Source of the DNA: Candidatus Saccharimonadota bacterium
Lineage (GTDB): Bacteria; Patescibacteriota; Saccharimonadia; Saccharimonadales; JACDBH01
DNA length: 64,000 bases
NCBI GenBank assembly: GCA_013694995.1
Contig: JACDBH010000001.1
Location: 66,145-130,144 of the forward strand
Direction: 5' to 3'
Below, in pieces: positions 34,950 to 44,227 of the stretch. The notes under the pieces were generated by a model. That model was given only the letters and a program-made list of their open reading frames with translations. It was not told the origin of the DNA and did no database searches. Within the stretch, counting starts at the first letter, position 1; each line of letters starts with the position of its first letter. The position numbers were made by a program, and so were the translations under genes.

Positions 34950-36535
34950 AAAATCTGGAGATACCCTATGCTGAAGAACGAAACTGGAAATACAGGTTCT
35001 GGGAAATAGTACCGGGTGCCCTCAGCTGGACTATATTACTCATGCCATTTATATTAAGTATTTTTAATCCGACGCTTTTTGCAATCTTTATCATCGCTTA
35101 TCTACTAGTGTGGTTTATTAAAGGCATAGTGATGAGTCTTCGTTCCGTACAAGGCTACAGATTACTCACTCGTCAGCAGAACCTAAACTGGGAGTTATTA
35201 CTTGATGACTTGGAGGCGAAAGAACTAACTCACCCACACGGTAAGAACCCTAAGTGGCATATCAATAACCTTGAGCGCCTAAAGGACTTTCCGCTTTTCT
35301 GCCGCCCAAGTGAGCTATACCACACCGTTATTATTGCTACTTATAACGAAAGTCGTGATACGCTCGAACCCACTATTCAGTCTGTATTAAAGTCAAAATA
35401 TGACATGAAAAAGGTAATTCTTATTCTAGCCTACGAAGAGCGTGGTGGGACTGAGGTAGAATCCCAGGCTAAAGCTTTGATAAGCGAGTACGCGCAGTAT
35501 TTTAAGCATGCGGAAGCAGTTAAGCATCCTAATGATATACCTGGTGAAGTCATAGGCAAGGGAGGCAATATAACTTTTGCCGGCCGTGTACTGCAAAAAT
35601 ATCTGGCTAGCGAGCACACAGATCCAGGACATGTGGCAGTAACGACCCTGGATGCCGATAACCGCCCCCACCCATGGTATCTGGCTGCTCTGACATATAC
35701 TTTTTGTAGTACAGAAGATCCCAGGTATGTCTCGTACCAGCCAATACCCCTATTTCTGAACAATATCTGGGATGCACCCTCCATGATGCGCGTAATCGCT
35801 ACAGGCAACTCATTTTGGAATATAGTACTGAGCTTGAGGCCGCATATGCTGCGTAACTTCAGCTCTCATGCTCAAAGCATGCAAGCGCTGATAGACACAG
35901 ATTTTTGGAGTGTACGGACAATTGTAGAAGACGGACATCAGTACTGGCGCACTTATTTCCGCTTTAACGGCAAGCACGAGGTATATCCAATATTCATACC
36001 AATTTACCAAGATGCCGTATTAGCTAGTACTTATCGTAAGACTCTTAAGGCTCAGTTCATCCAAATCCGCCGCTGGGCTTGGGGAGCGAGCGACATAGCA
36101 TATGCTGCCCATATGGGCTTTAGAAGAGGTAACAAGGTGCCAAAGCTGGAATTCTTAATGAAATTCATGCGACTTATGGAAGGGCATGTATCCTGGGCGA
36201 CTGCTTCGCTCTTAATACTTGTCGCACCGCTTATCCCGGTCGTAATTCAGCCCGAGAATTTTGTCGCCAATCAGTTGCCGCGGCTTGCCAGCACCATTCA
36301 GACCGTCGCTTTGGTAGGTATTTTTGTTAGTCTACTTTTAAGCTTAAAATTCTTGCCTCCACGGCCCGAACGCTATAAACGGCACCGCAATGTCTTCATG
36401 GTCTTGCAATGGGCGCTACTGCCGGTTACGACCATTATGTATAACACCTTGGCGGCTATCTATTCTCAGACACGTTTGATGTTTGGCAAGTACCTCGGTA
36501 AATTCGACGTAACTGAGAAGGCAGTCAAAAAGTAG
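34946..36535 (+). CDS. membrane glycosyltransferase family 2 (processive, cellulose-synthase-like fold)
   Basis: 529 aa. VIIATYNESRDTLEPTI, TLDADNRP (DxD region), QIRRWAWG (QxxRW), with flanking TM helices. Confidence 0.8.
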   Translation: MKNLEIPYAEERNWKYRFWEIVPGALSWTILLMPFILSIFNPTLFAIFIIAYLLVWFIKGIVMSLRSVQGYRLLTRQQNLNWELLLDDLEAKELTHPHGKNPKWHINNLERLKDFPLFCRPSELYHTVIIATYNESRDTLEPTIQSVLKSKYDMKKVILILAYEERGGTEVESQAKALISEYAQYFKHAEAVKHPNDIPGEVIGKGGNITFAGRVLQKYLASEHTDPGHVAVTTLDADNRPHPWYLAALTYTFCSTEDPRYVSYQPIPLFLNNIWDAPSMMRVIATGNSFWNIVLSLRPHMLRNFSSHAQSMQALIDTDFWSVRTIVEDGHQYWRTYFRFNGKHEVYPIFIPIYQDAVLASTYRKTLKAQFIQIRRWAWGASDIAYAAHMGFRRGNKVPKLEFLMKFMRLMEGHVSWATASLLILVAPLIPVVIQPENFVANQLPRLASTIQTVALVGIFVSLLLSLKFLPPRPERYKRHRNVFMVLQWALLPVTTIMYNTLAAIYSQTRLMFGKYLGKFDVTEKAVKK

Positions 36536-36585
36536 GGTCAGCGGTAATAAGTTAATCTGCCATTATCTGTACTGAACGATTTACG

Positions 36586-37014
36586 CTAGAACATTTTCAG
36601 AGCTTTTTGGTGGTAGGCTTTGTAAGTAGTAGCGGCCAGCGGGTCAAATCGCCTTAAAGTTTCATAGGATACTTTGGCAAGATCTTCAGTTAGTAAGTAG
36701 CCTTTAGAGGCTAATTTGTTATGCAACAGGCGGCCAATTACTGTTTCGGTTAAGGCAGTTGAACTATTGAGGGAGTCCGGGCGATGGCCTAGAGATTTAT
36801 AAATGCTTAAAAATAATTTGTCCCGCATAAAAGGCTGTAACTTATGTTCTGCACACGACTCAACTAGTAGTGCTGCTGTATAGTCAGGCCTTTCAAGAGT
36901 AGTAAATTGTGCGACGCATACTTCACAGCCCCTGCGACGCCATACAGAAGGGTTGCGTGCCTTTGGCCGAGAGTTAAGGACTCTAGTTTCACATCCGCAA
37001 TATATACAAACCAT
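36586..37014 (-). CDS. nrdR: transcriptional repressor NrdR-like (zinc ribbon + ATP-cone)
   Basis: MVCIYCGCETRVLNSRP...RRRGCEVCVAQFTTLERP matches the NrdR zinc-ribbon pattern. 142 aa. Confidence 0.7.
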   Translation of the reverse strand: MVCIYCGCETRVLNSRPKARNPSVWRRRGCEVCVAQFTTLERPDYTAALLVESCAEHKLQPFMRDKLFLSIYKSLGHRPDSLNSSTALTETVIGRLLHNKLASKGYLLTEDLAKVSYETLRRFDPLAATTYKAYHQKALKMF

Positions 37015-37080
37015 GTCAACATATTGTCATAACGCTATATATATTACCAGTGGAAAACAATTAAAATATTGGGGATAAAC

Positions 37081-37108
37081 AAAAACCGCGAACAAATTCG
37101 CGGTTTTT
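37081..37108. terminator. bidirectional rho-independent terminator
   Basis: AAAAACCGCGAA-caaa-TTCGCGGTTTTT: a perfect stem flanked by an A-run and a T-run. Confidence 0.7.
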
Positions 37109-37141
37109 AATTTTCCACCTCTGTTACAAATTCACGTTTGT

Positions 37142-37246
37142 TTAAGCTCGTTGCCTACGCAGACGTTGCTTAACGGGTTTACCTTTGAGTAGCTCTTCGT
37201 AGAACAACTTAAAGCCGTCAAGCGAGATTGGTTGAGATTCACTCAC
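37142..37246 (-). CDS. possible small ORF (34 aa), unrecognised
   Basis: GTG start with GGGAG 6 nt upstream. MSESQPISLDGFKLFYEELLKGKPVKQRLRRQRA. It ends 34 nt before the 37081 terminator. Below the track's length cutoff. Confidence 0.25.
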   Translation of the reverse strand: MSESQPISLDGFKLFYEELLKGKPVKQRLRRQRA

Positions 37247-37391
37247 CAAAAACTCCCGATTAACACGCTTATGTTAACATAAAAGACAAATAAAGTCAAT
37301 GATTATGCTATAATTACATCATAATGAGCGAAAAACAAATGTGTTTAATTTTCTGAAAAATGTGTAATTGCACGAAGTATAATTAACACCT

Positions 37392-38486
37392 GTGAGCGAC
37401 GTAAAAACTACATTTTTTGAACAAAAGTCTGTTAACCATGATGGGAGCCGTATGGGAATTCTACATACTAGACGAGGTGACGTAAAAACACCGACTTTCA
37501 TGCCCGACGGGACGCGAGGAGTGGTTAAAAGTCTGACAGCTGAACAGGTTAAATCCACAGGAGTCGACATCGTACTTGCTAATACCTACCATTTACACCT
37601 GCAGCCAGGTGAAAAAGTAGTGCAAAAGCTTGGTGGGTTGCATGAGTTTGGTAAGTGGCAGGGACCGATTTTGACTGATTCGGGCGGGTTTCAGGTGTTT
37701 TCTTTAAGCAAACTACGCAAAATTACCGAAGAAGGTGTGACATTTAAGCATCCAGTCACTGGCGAGATGCGCCTATTGACCCCAGAGACTTCTATGCAGA
37801 TTCAACTTGCGCTCGGCAGCGATATGATTGTTGCCTTTGATCACCTCACCGGGCTAGACGAAACCTCTATTAAAGACACGCATGAGGCATTTGAGCGGAC
37901 GCACCGCTGGCTGGAGCGCTGTATAACTGAATACAATCGGCTTACGGCCGATATGCCCCCTGAGGAGCGGCCGATACTGTTCGGCGTAGTTCAAGGTGGC
38001 TTAGACAAAAACTTGCGCAAAAAGAGTCTGGAAATCGTCCAGGCGAGCGGCGTTGCCGGCATCGCCATCGGCGGGCTGTCGGTGGGTGAATCCAAAGAAG
38101 AGATGTATAAAATCCTTGAACACCTGGCGCCTTTGTATGACGATTCTGGGCGACCGCGGTTTCTGCTGGGCGTAGGTGCCCCGCCCGATATCCGCTACGC
38201 CATCGAACACGGCATCGATATGCTGGATTGCGTGCTACCGACGCGTAACGCCCGCCACGCCACGGTGTGGGTTGAAGGTGACAAGAAGCTGCATCTGACG
38301 AACGCCCAATATATAGAGGACGCCGGCCCGATTGACGAAAGCTGCGATTGCTATACCTGTAAATCCGGATACAGCAAAGGATTCCTGCGGCACCAGTTCA
38401 AGGTGAGCGAACCACTGGCTGGCAGTCTGTGCAGCATCCATAACCTGCGCTACTTGCAGCGCATCTGCGAGGGTTATCGTGATTAA
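37392..38486 (+). CDS. tgt: queuine tRNA-ribosyltransferase
   Basis: 364 aa. TPTFMPDGTRGVVK, ANTYHLHLQPG, TDSGGFQVFSL, GGLSVGE, zinc site CDCYTC...H. Confidence 0.92.
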   Translation: MSDVKTTFFEQKSVNHDGSRMGILHTRRGDVKTPTFMPDGTRGVVKSLTAEQVKSTGVDIVLANTYHLHLQPGEKVVQKLGGLHEFGKWQGPILTDSGGFQVFSLSKLRKITEEGVTFKHPVTGEMRLLTPETSMQIQLALGSDMIVAFDHLTGLDETSIKDTHEAFERTHRWLERCITEYNRLTADMPPEERPILFGVVQGGLDKNLRKKSLEIVQASGVAGIAIGGLSVGESKEEMYKILEHLAPLYDDSGRPRFLLGVGAPPDIRYAIEHGIDMLDCVLPTRNARHATVWVEGDKKLHLTNAQYIEDAGPIDESCDCYTCKSGYSKGFLRHQFKVSEPLAGSLCSIHNLRYLQRICEGYRD

Positions 38487-39075
38487 TAATGAACTTATCC
38501 GCGGCACCTTGGATTATGAATGGGAAACTGGGTCTGAAGGCGGATATTGGTCTATTGTCGATAAGGACAGTCTTCTCATTGCACCCATTTCACACGGCGT
38601 TTTTGCCGGTACTAAGGTATTTGCTAAGGACAATATTGAACGAAGAGGTAGAGTGCTCTCTGCTATGAATCCGGACGGCAGCGAGTTCGTGATCGCGCAT
38701 GCTGGCGATGTCGTGCAGGCTTTTATAGAGTGGGAAGATGGTGAACAGGAGTTGATGATGTCATCAGATCTGACGCAGCAATCAATTAGTTTCGATGGGA
38801 TATGGGAGGTTAAGGACGGGGATTATCTGACGGTGTACGAAAAAATCATGCCAGCACGGGTTGCTTGGGAGGGGCTGGTCAAGTTTCTTCGCAAAGACCC
38901 TGACACCTATGAGGAACTGGATCCGCCATACGTACAGGAGTCGGCCGATCCAACGATATGGAGGCACTGGTTCTTGTATGCATATCCTGCAACCCTAATG
39001 CGCCCCACGGGGTTTATCCGTCCAAAGTCTATTCCGCCAATTACTGGGTTACGACGTCAAAAACCCAAAGAATAA
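38479..39075 (+). CDS. hypothetical protein
   Basis: 198-aa ORF overlapping the tgt stop by 8 nt. No motif recognised. Confidence 0.5.
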   Translation: MINNELIRGTLDYEWETGSEGGYWSIVDKDSLLIAPISHGVFAGTKVFAKDNIERRGRVLSAMNPDGSEFVIAHAGDVVQAFIEWEDGEQELMMSSDLTQQSISFDGIWEVKDGDYLTVYEKIMPARVAWEGLVKFLRKDPDTYEELDPPYVQESADPTIWRHWFLYAYPATLMRPTGFIRPKSIPPITGLRRQKPKE

Positions 39076-39137
39076 GCCGGTGTCACACCATCAATTGAAA
39101 AAAAGCGGCAAATAAGGTATATTCTAATCTGTTAGGA

Positions 39138-39214
39138 GGGCTCTTAGCTCATTTGGCTAGAGCGCCACATTGACGTTGTGGAGGTGATAGGTTCGAATCC
39201 TATAGGGCCCACCA
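39138..39214 (+). tRNA. tRNA-Val (anticodon GAC), CCA encoded
   Basis: GGGCTCT...AGGGCCC-A-CCA, D-arm AGCTCATTTGGCTAGAGC, anticodon arm CCACA-TTGACGT-TGTGG, T-arm ATAGGTTCGAATCCTAT. A hairpin follows at 39216-39247. Confidence 0.92.
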
Positions 39215-39925
39215 AAAAGACATCTAAATTGCCAGGTGTCTTTTTCTATATGACAGTTAAATGCGTACCGATTTAGAAATACGAACAAACTGTCGCAATT
39301 ATAATTTTTGCGACGACTGTACGTATATGAATATTCATATCATGGAATGAATAGAGAGAGTATAAGTAGATATACACACTATCCACAGGGCAGAAGCCAA
39401 AAATAGCTAAAAACCTGAAATAAGTACTAGCACTATGATGCTAGTACGTGTATAGTAGCTGTTAGGTGAAGTTTTGCGATGTGTTTGTGATACAATACAT
39501 CACGAGCCATGACGTGGAATTCACCAGCCACCGAGCTCCGTCGGCCAACAGAACGTACGTTAACGTGAGGTCAACAAGTCTCTAGAGTATAGAGAGAAGT
39601 CCGGTGGAACCGTCCTGAACCTTTAATCATCTACACATATCTGCACCCCTGGTGCCGTACCTTATCAACAGATGATTAAATGGCTTTCAGGTCCCGAGAC
39701 GCGCTACAAATAGATTTGAGTGTATTTGCGAGAGCATTCAAAACCTATTGTTATGGCGCGTCTTTTAATTTGTCGGACTTTTTGCTCGGCACATTTTGGC
39801 TATGCAACTTCGTGCCGCTGTCACCGTACACTAAAGTACGGCTCGGTTACGGTACTCGTTACAGCACTCAAACTGCACTCGAGCAAAACGCCCGCCTAGT
39901 TTATTAATATTAAGGAGAATGATTT

Positions 39926-41764
39926 ATGGAAAACAAAGATGATTTATATCCAATGCGGCATTCTTTAGCACATATTATGGCAGCGGCTATAAGGCGCCAG
40001 CACGAAGAGGTCAAGCTAGGTATCGGCCCGGTTGTTGAGCATGGGTTTTATTATGATATTGATCTAGATAACAAGAAGTTATCTGAGACAGATTTTCCCG
40101 CAATCGAAGAAGAAATGCGTAAAATTATATCTGAGGATCAACCGTTTGAGCGGAATATGAAGAGTATTGAGGAAGCTGTTAACTGGTCGAAAGAAAGCAA
40201 TCAGCCGTACAAAGAGGAACTCTTGAATGATTTGAAGCGGGCGGGGACTACAGTTGCTAAAGATCTAAGCCCAGATGAATTTGGGACTATCACCGAAGGT
40301 AATACGCTAGTAGACGAAGTTTCTTTCTATACGAATGGTGATTTTACTGATTTATGTCGTGGGCCACATGTCAGCTCAACTAAGAAAGTTGGGGCATTCA
40401 AATTAATGCGGATTGCCGGAGCCTATTGGCGGAGCAAAGAGGGTAATCCTCAGATGCAGAGGATTTACGGCGTAGCTTTTGCAACTCAGAAGGAGCTAGA
40501 AGAATATATGAGTATGCTCGAAGAGGCCAAAAAGCGTGACCATCGTAAATTAGGACAGGAACTGGATCTATTTATCTTCTCTGAAATGGTAGGTTCTGGC
40601 TTACCATTATTCACGCCTCGGGGGACAGTCTTAAGAGAGGAGCTAACAGCATTTTCTAATGAGCTGCGTCAATCAAAAGGCTTTTCCAAGGTGTGGGTGC
40701 CGCATATGACCAAAAGTGACCTATATAAGGCTAGCGGTCACTGGGATAAATTTGGAGACGAGCTTTTCTTAGTTAAAAGCCAGGAAACTAGCGATGAACT
40801 GGTATTAAAACCCATGAACTGCCCGCACCACACCAGGATTTATGCCTCCAAGCAGAGAAGCTACCGTGATTTGCCGATTCGCTACCTCGAAACCACTACT
40901 ATATATAGAGATGAAAAGACCGGCGAACTCGGAGGCCTGAACCGGGTTCGTTCAGCTACACAAGATGACAGTCATGTTTTTTGCCGGCCCGATCAGATCG
41001 AGGACGAGATACGTAGTTTGCTTGAATCAGCAAGAGAGCTATATGAGGCCGTTGGCATGAGTCTCAGGGTGCGACTTTCCTATCGAGATGAGAGCAATGC
41101 ATATTTAGGGTCGGAAGAACTGTGGCAACGAGCACAACAACAGTTAAAGTCAGCCGTAGAATCCAATAGCTTAGAATACTTTGAAATGAATGGTGAAGCA
41201 GCCTTTTATGGCCCAAAAATCGACTTCATGGTTACTGATGCCATAGGGCGAGAGCATCAGTTAGCTACTGTGCAGTTAGATTTTGTCCAGCCTGAGAGGT
41301 TCGGCCTTTTTTATATAGATACAGATGGCAGTGAGCAGCAACCTGTCATGATCCACTGCGCACTCTTAGGTTCGATAGAACGCTTCTTATCAGTCTATAT
41401 AGAGCACACGGCAGGCAAATTCCCGGTCTGGGTTGCACCAGAACAAGTGCGGGTTGCGAGTGTTAATCAAGAAGAGAAAACACTTGAGTTTGTGGCAGAA
41501 ATTCTTAGTAAAGCCCAAAAACTAGGGTTACGAATTGGTTGTGATAATAACAATGAGTCAGTAGGCAAAAAAATCCGTCTAGCAGAAAACATGAAAGTTC
41601 CATATACGATTGTAATAGGCGAAAAGGAAATAGAAACAGGGGAAGTGACCCCTCGCATCCGCAAAGATATGGAGGTCCAATCGCCTAGCTCCATCAGTAT
41701 TGATAACTTCTTCCAAACAGTCGCTAATGAAGCAAAATCCCGGGTCAGTAAGTCCAGCCTATGA
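39926..41764 (+). CDS. thrS: threonine--tRNA ligase (no N-terminal TGS domain)
   Basis: 612 aa. Starts at the editing/second-additional domain (RHSLAHIMAAAI...GPVVEHGFYYDIDL). Class II motifs (FRDE-like YRDEKTGELGGLNRVR, GPKIDF) and an anticodon-binding C-terminus. AAGGAGA SD. Confidence 0.92.
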   Translation: MENKDDLYPMRHSLAHIMAAAIRRQHEEVKLGIGPVVEHGFYYDIDLDNKKLSETDFPAIEEEMRKIISEDQPFERNMKSIEEAVNWSKESNQPYKEELLNDLKRAGTTVAKDLSPDEFGTITEGNTLVDEVSFYTNGDFTDLCRGPHVSSTKKVGAFKLMRIAGAYWRSKEGNPQMQRIYGVAFATQKELEEYMSMLEEAKKRDHRKLGQELDLFIFSEMVGSGLPLFTPRGTVLREELTAFSNELRQSKGFSKVWVPHMTKSDLYKASGHWDKFGDELFLVKSQETSDELVLKPMNCPHHTRIYASKQRSYRDLPIRYLETTTIYRDEKTGELGGLNRVRSATQDDSHVFCRPDQIEDEIRSLLESARELYEAVGMSLRVRLSYRDESNAYLGSEELWQRAQQQLKSAVESNSLEYFEMNGEAAFYGPKIDFMVTDAIGREHQLATVQLDFVQPERFGLFYIDTDGSEQQPVMIHCALLGSIERFLSVYIEHTAGKFPVWVAPEQVRVASVNQEEKTLEFVAEILSKAQKLGLRIGCDNNNESVGKKIRLAENMKVPYTIVIGEKEIETGEVTPRIRKDMEVQSPSSISIDNFFQTVANEAKSRVSKSSL

Positions 41765-42084
41765 CGGATAATAGTTTCCGCAACATGGTGGAAACGGTCG
41801 TCTCCCAGATCCCTAAAGGGAGGGTAATGACCTACGGGCAAATAGCAGCTTTATGCGGTAATGCCCGGGCGGCAAGAATAGTCGGTGGTATCGCTCACTT
41901 TGGTGATCCGACCCTACCATGGCAAAGAGTAGTTAATAAGCAAGGGGGCTTGGCCTCAGGCTATCCTGGTGGGCGGCTGGGTCACAAAGAGCATTTGGAA
42001 TCCGAAGGAGTTAAAGTGCATGGTACGGAAGGGAATTACCGGGTGGGTGTAAAGGAGTTGTTATGGTGCCCCCACAACTTGTAG
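41761..42084 (+). CDS. alkyltransferase-like (ATL) / MGMT-family DNA-binding protein lacking the acceptor Cys
   Basis: 107 aa. IPKGRVMTYGQIAALCGNARAARIVG...LPWQRVVN: the PCHRV motif of Ogt/Ada is replaced by PWQRV. Confidence 0.7.
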   Translation: MTDNSFRNMVETVVSQIPKGRVMTYGQIAALCGNARAARIVGGIAHFGDPTLPWQRVVNKQGGLASGYPGGRLGHKEHLESEGVKVHGTEGNYRVGVKELLWCPHNL

Positions 42085-42929
42085 TAATAGTCGGCGAGAC
42101 AGCTAGTGGCAAAAGCGCTTTAGCGCTGGAAATTGCCAAGAAGTATAATGGTGAAATTATATGTGCTGACTCCAGAACTGTTTATAAAGGAATGGACATT
42201 GGAACGGCAAAGCCAAGCACACTTGAACGGTCAGAGGTAAAGCACCATTTACTGGATATATTAGAGCCAAGCGAGCCTTTTACAGCTGCGAATTTTAAAA
42301 ATCTTGCCAATAAGGCAATAGTGGACATAGTTTCGAAAGGCAAGCTGGCGATTATGGTCGGTGGGACTGGTTTATACATAGACGGAGTTATATTTAATTA
42401 TGCATTTTTACCCCCCGTGCCTACGGAAGAGCGGGAAACACTACAAAAGCTTAGCGTCGCACAATTACAAGAAATATTAAAAACAGAAAAAATACCGCTT
42501 CCATTAAATAAAAAAAATCCACGGCACCTAATAAGGGCGATTGAAACCAATGGCGCGATCGCAGTTAAAAATGGTTTAAGAAAAAACACGATTATTTTGG
42601 GTATTCGTAACAACAATCAATTATTGGAAGATACAATAATACAACGCACTAAAACCATGTTTGAACACGGTTTAGAGCGCGAAGTTCAAGATCTTGCTAA
42701 TAAGTATGGCTGGGACGCACCCGGTATGAGTGCAGTAGGGTATCATGAGTGGTTTACTTATTTTGTTCGTAAAAATGATTTAGACCAGACCAAGCAGTTA
42801 ATCCAGCAACACACTCTTCAGTATGCTAGAAGGCAACGCACTTGGTTCCGTAGAAACCCACATATAGCCTGGGTACAAAATAAACAAGAAGCTATACAAT
42901 TGGTAGAGACTTTTTTACAACATAAGTAG
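42063..42929 (+). CDS. miaA: tRNA dimethylallyltransferase
   Basis: VVIVGETASGKSALALEIAKKYNGEIICADSRTVYKGMDIGTAKPS; ...YARRQRTWFRR. Confidence 0.9.
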   Translation: MVPPQLVVIVGETASGKSALALEIAKKYNGEIICADSRTVYKGMDIGTAKPSTLERSEVKHHLLDILEPSEPFTAANFKNLANKAIVDIVSKGKLAIMVGGTGLYIDGVIFNYAFLPPVPTEERETLQKLSVAQLQEILKTEKIPLPLNKKNPRHLIRAIETNGAIAVKNGLRKNTIILGIRNNNQLLEDTIIQRTKTMFEHGLEREVQDLANKYGWDAPGMSAVGYHEWFTYFVRKNDLDQTKQLIQQHTLQYARRQRTWFRRNPHIAWVQNKQEAIQLVETFLQHK

Positions 42930-42983
42930 ACATGAATTAATTAATTAACCCCTATTATTTGCAAAGTATGTTAAGCTATAAGC

Positions 42984-43598
42984 ATGGTTGAGCAACTATT
43001 TGGATCGAAGACTCGAGTCAAGCTACTGAGGTTGTTTTATAGCAATCCAAACCGTTCATTTTATGTTCGAGAAATAACTAGGAAGATAGACGAGCAAATA
43101 AATTCAGTAAGACGTGAGCTTTCCAACTTGCTCAGCATTGGCATCATTTCGTCCGATACCACAAACAATCGTTTGTATTATGAAGTCAATCAATCCTATG
43201 AGTTCTACCAGCCACTTGGGCTTATTTTCGGTGGTGTCGAATTACCAGCTGAGGCCAAGGATGAAGTCGCTCCGCCGCCAAAAGCCCAGTCTAAAGATCC
43301 GATGCTTGTAGAACTTTCACAAATCGGAAACATTGAACTGGCGATTTATACAGGCCAGTTCACCCGCGATGAAACCAGCGGTATTGATATGCTGATTGTA
43401 GGAGATGTGAATCAGACCAAGCTTCAGAAGTTCATGCAGCTGCTTGAAGAGCAGGAGAAGAAAGAAGTACGGTATGTTGTTATGGGTATCAGCGAGTTTA
43501 CGTATCGCCGTCAGGTAAAGGACCGCTTTATCACTACGGTCTTAGCGGCCAAGAATCAAGTATTAATAGATAAGAAACAGTTAGTAGAAGAGGAGTAG
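42984..43598 (+). CDS. winged-helix transcriptional regulator-like protein
   Basis: FGSKTRVKLLRLFYSNPNRSFYVREITRKIDEQINSVRRELSNLLSIGII resembles ArsR/MarR-type wHTH. The C-terminal domain is unrecognised. Confidence 0.55.
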   Translation: MVEQLFGSKTRVKLLRLFYSNPNRSFYVREITRKIDEQINSVRRELSNLLSIGIISSDTTNNRLYYEVNQSYEFYQPLGLIFGGVELPAEAKDEVAPPPKAQSKDPMLVELSQIGNIELAIYTGQFTRDETSGIDMLIVGDVNQTKLQKFMQLLEEQEKKEVRYVVMGISEFTYRRQVKDRFITTVLAAKNQVLIDKKQLVEEE

Positions 43599-43603
43599 GC
43601 AAC

Positions 43604-44227
43604 ATGGAGCTTCAATACTTTGGAGGCAATTGTATTAGTATATCAATGAAACAGGCAACTATTGTTATTGATGATAATCTTGAGGCGTTAGGCCTTAAGA
43701 GCGTCATGAAGCCGGATTCTATAGCTCTTTATACATCCGAGGTACCGGTGTTGTCGCAAGCCCGCCTTGTTATTTCCGACCCAGGCGAGTATGAAGTTTC
43801 GGGAATCTCTATCTTCGGTATCGCCGCTCGTGGCCATATGGATGAAACTGACAAGCAGACAGCTACTATATATAAGATACAGTTTGATGATTTACGAGTA
43901 GCAGTAATCGGCCACATCCATCCGGATCTGACCGAAGACCATCTGGAGGAGATTGGTACTATAGATATCCTTATAACCCCAGTCGGCGGTAACAGTTACA
44001 CTCTGGATGCGATAGGTGCATTACAAATAATTAAGAAAATAGAGCCGAAGCTAATCATACCGACCCATTATGATGACTCGAAGATTAAATATCCGGTTCC
44101 TCAGCAGTCGCTGGCTGAAGCGCTTAAAGGTTTGAGCATGGAACCAAAAGAAACCTTGGCGAAATTCAAACCTAAGCCCGCCGACTTTGGCGAAGCCGCC
44201 CAGCTTATCATTCTTGAACGCCAGTAA
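43604..44227 (+). CDS. MBL-fold hydrolase-like protein
   Basis: 207 aa. MELQYFGGNCISISMKQATIVIDD...VIGHIHPD...IPTHYD resembles UPF0173-type metallo-beta-lactamase-fold proteins. The motif set is incomplete by eye. Confidence 0.5.
   Translation: MELQYFGGNCISISMKQATIVIDDNLEALGLKSVMKPDSIALYTSEVPVLSQARLVISDPGEYEVSGISIFGIAARGHMDETDKQTATIYKIQFDDLRVAVIGHIHPDLTEDHLEEIGTIDILITPVGGNSYTLDAIGALQIIKKIEPKLIIPTHYDDSKIKYPVPQQSLAEALKGLSMEPKETLAKFKPKPADFGEAAQLIILERQ

Noticed and set aside
39680-39907. 75-aa ORF upstream of thrS
   Set aside because: It sits within the structured thrS leader, has no SD, is hydrophobic and aromatic-rich without pattern, and contains the conserved hairpin element.
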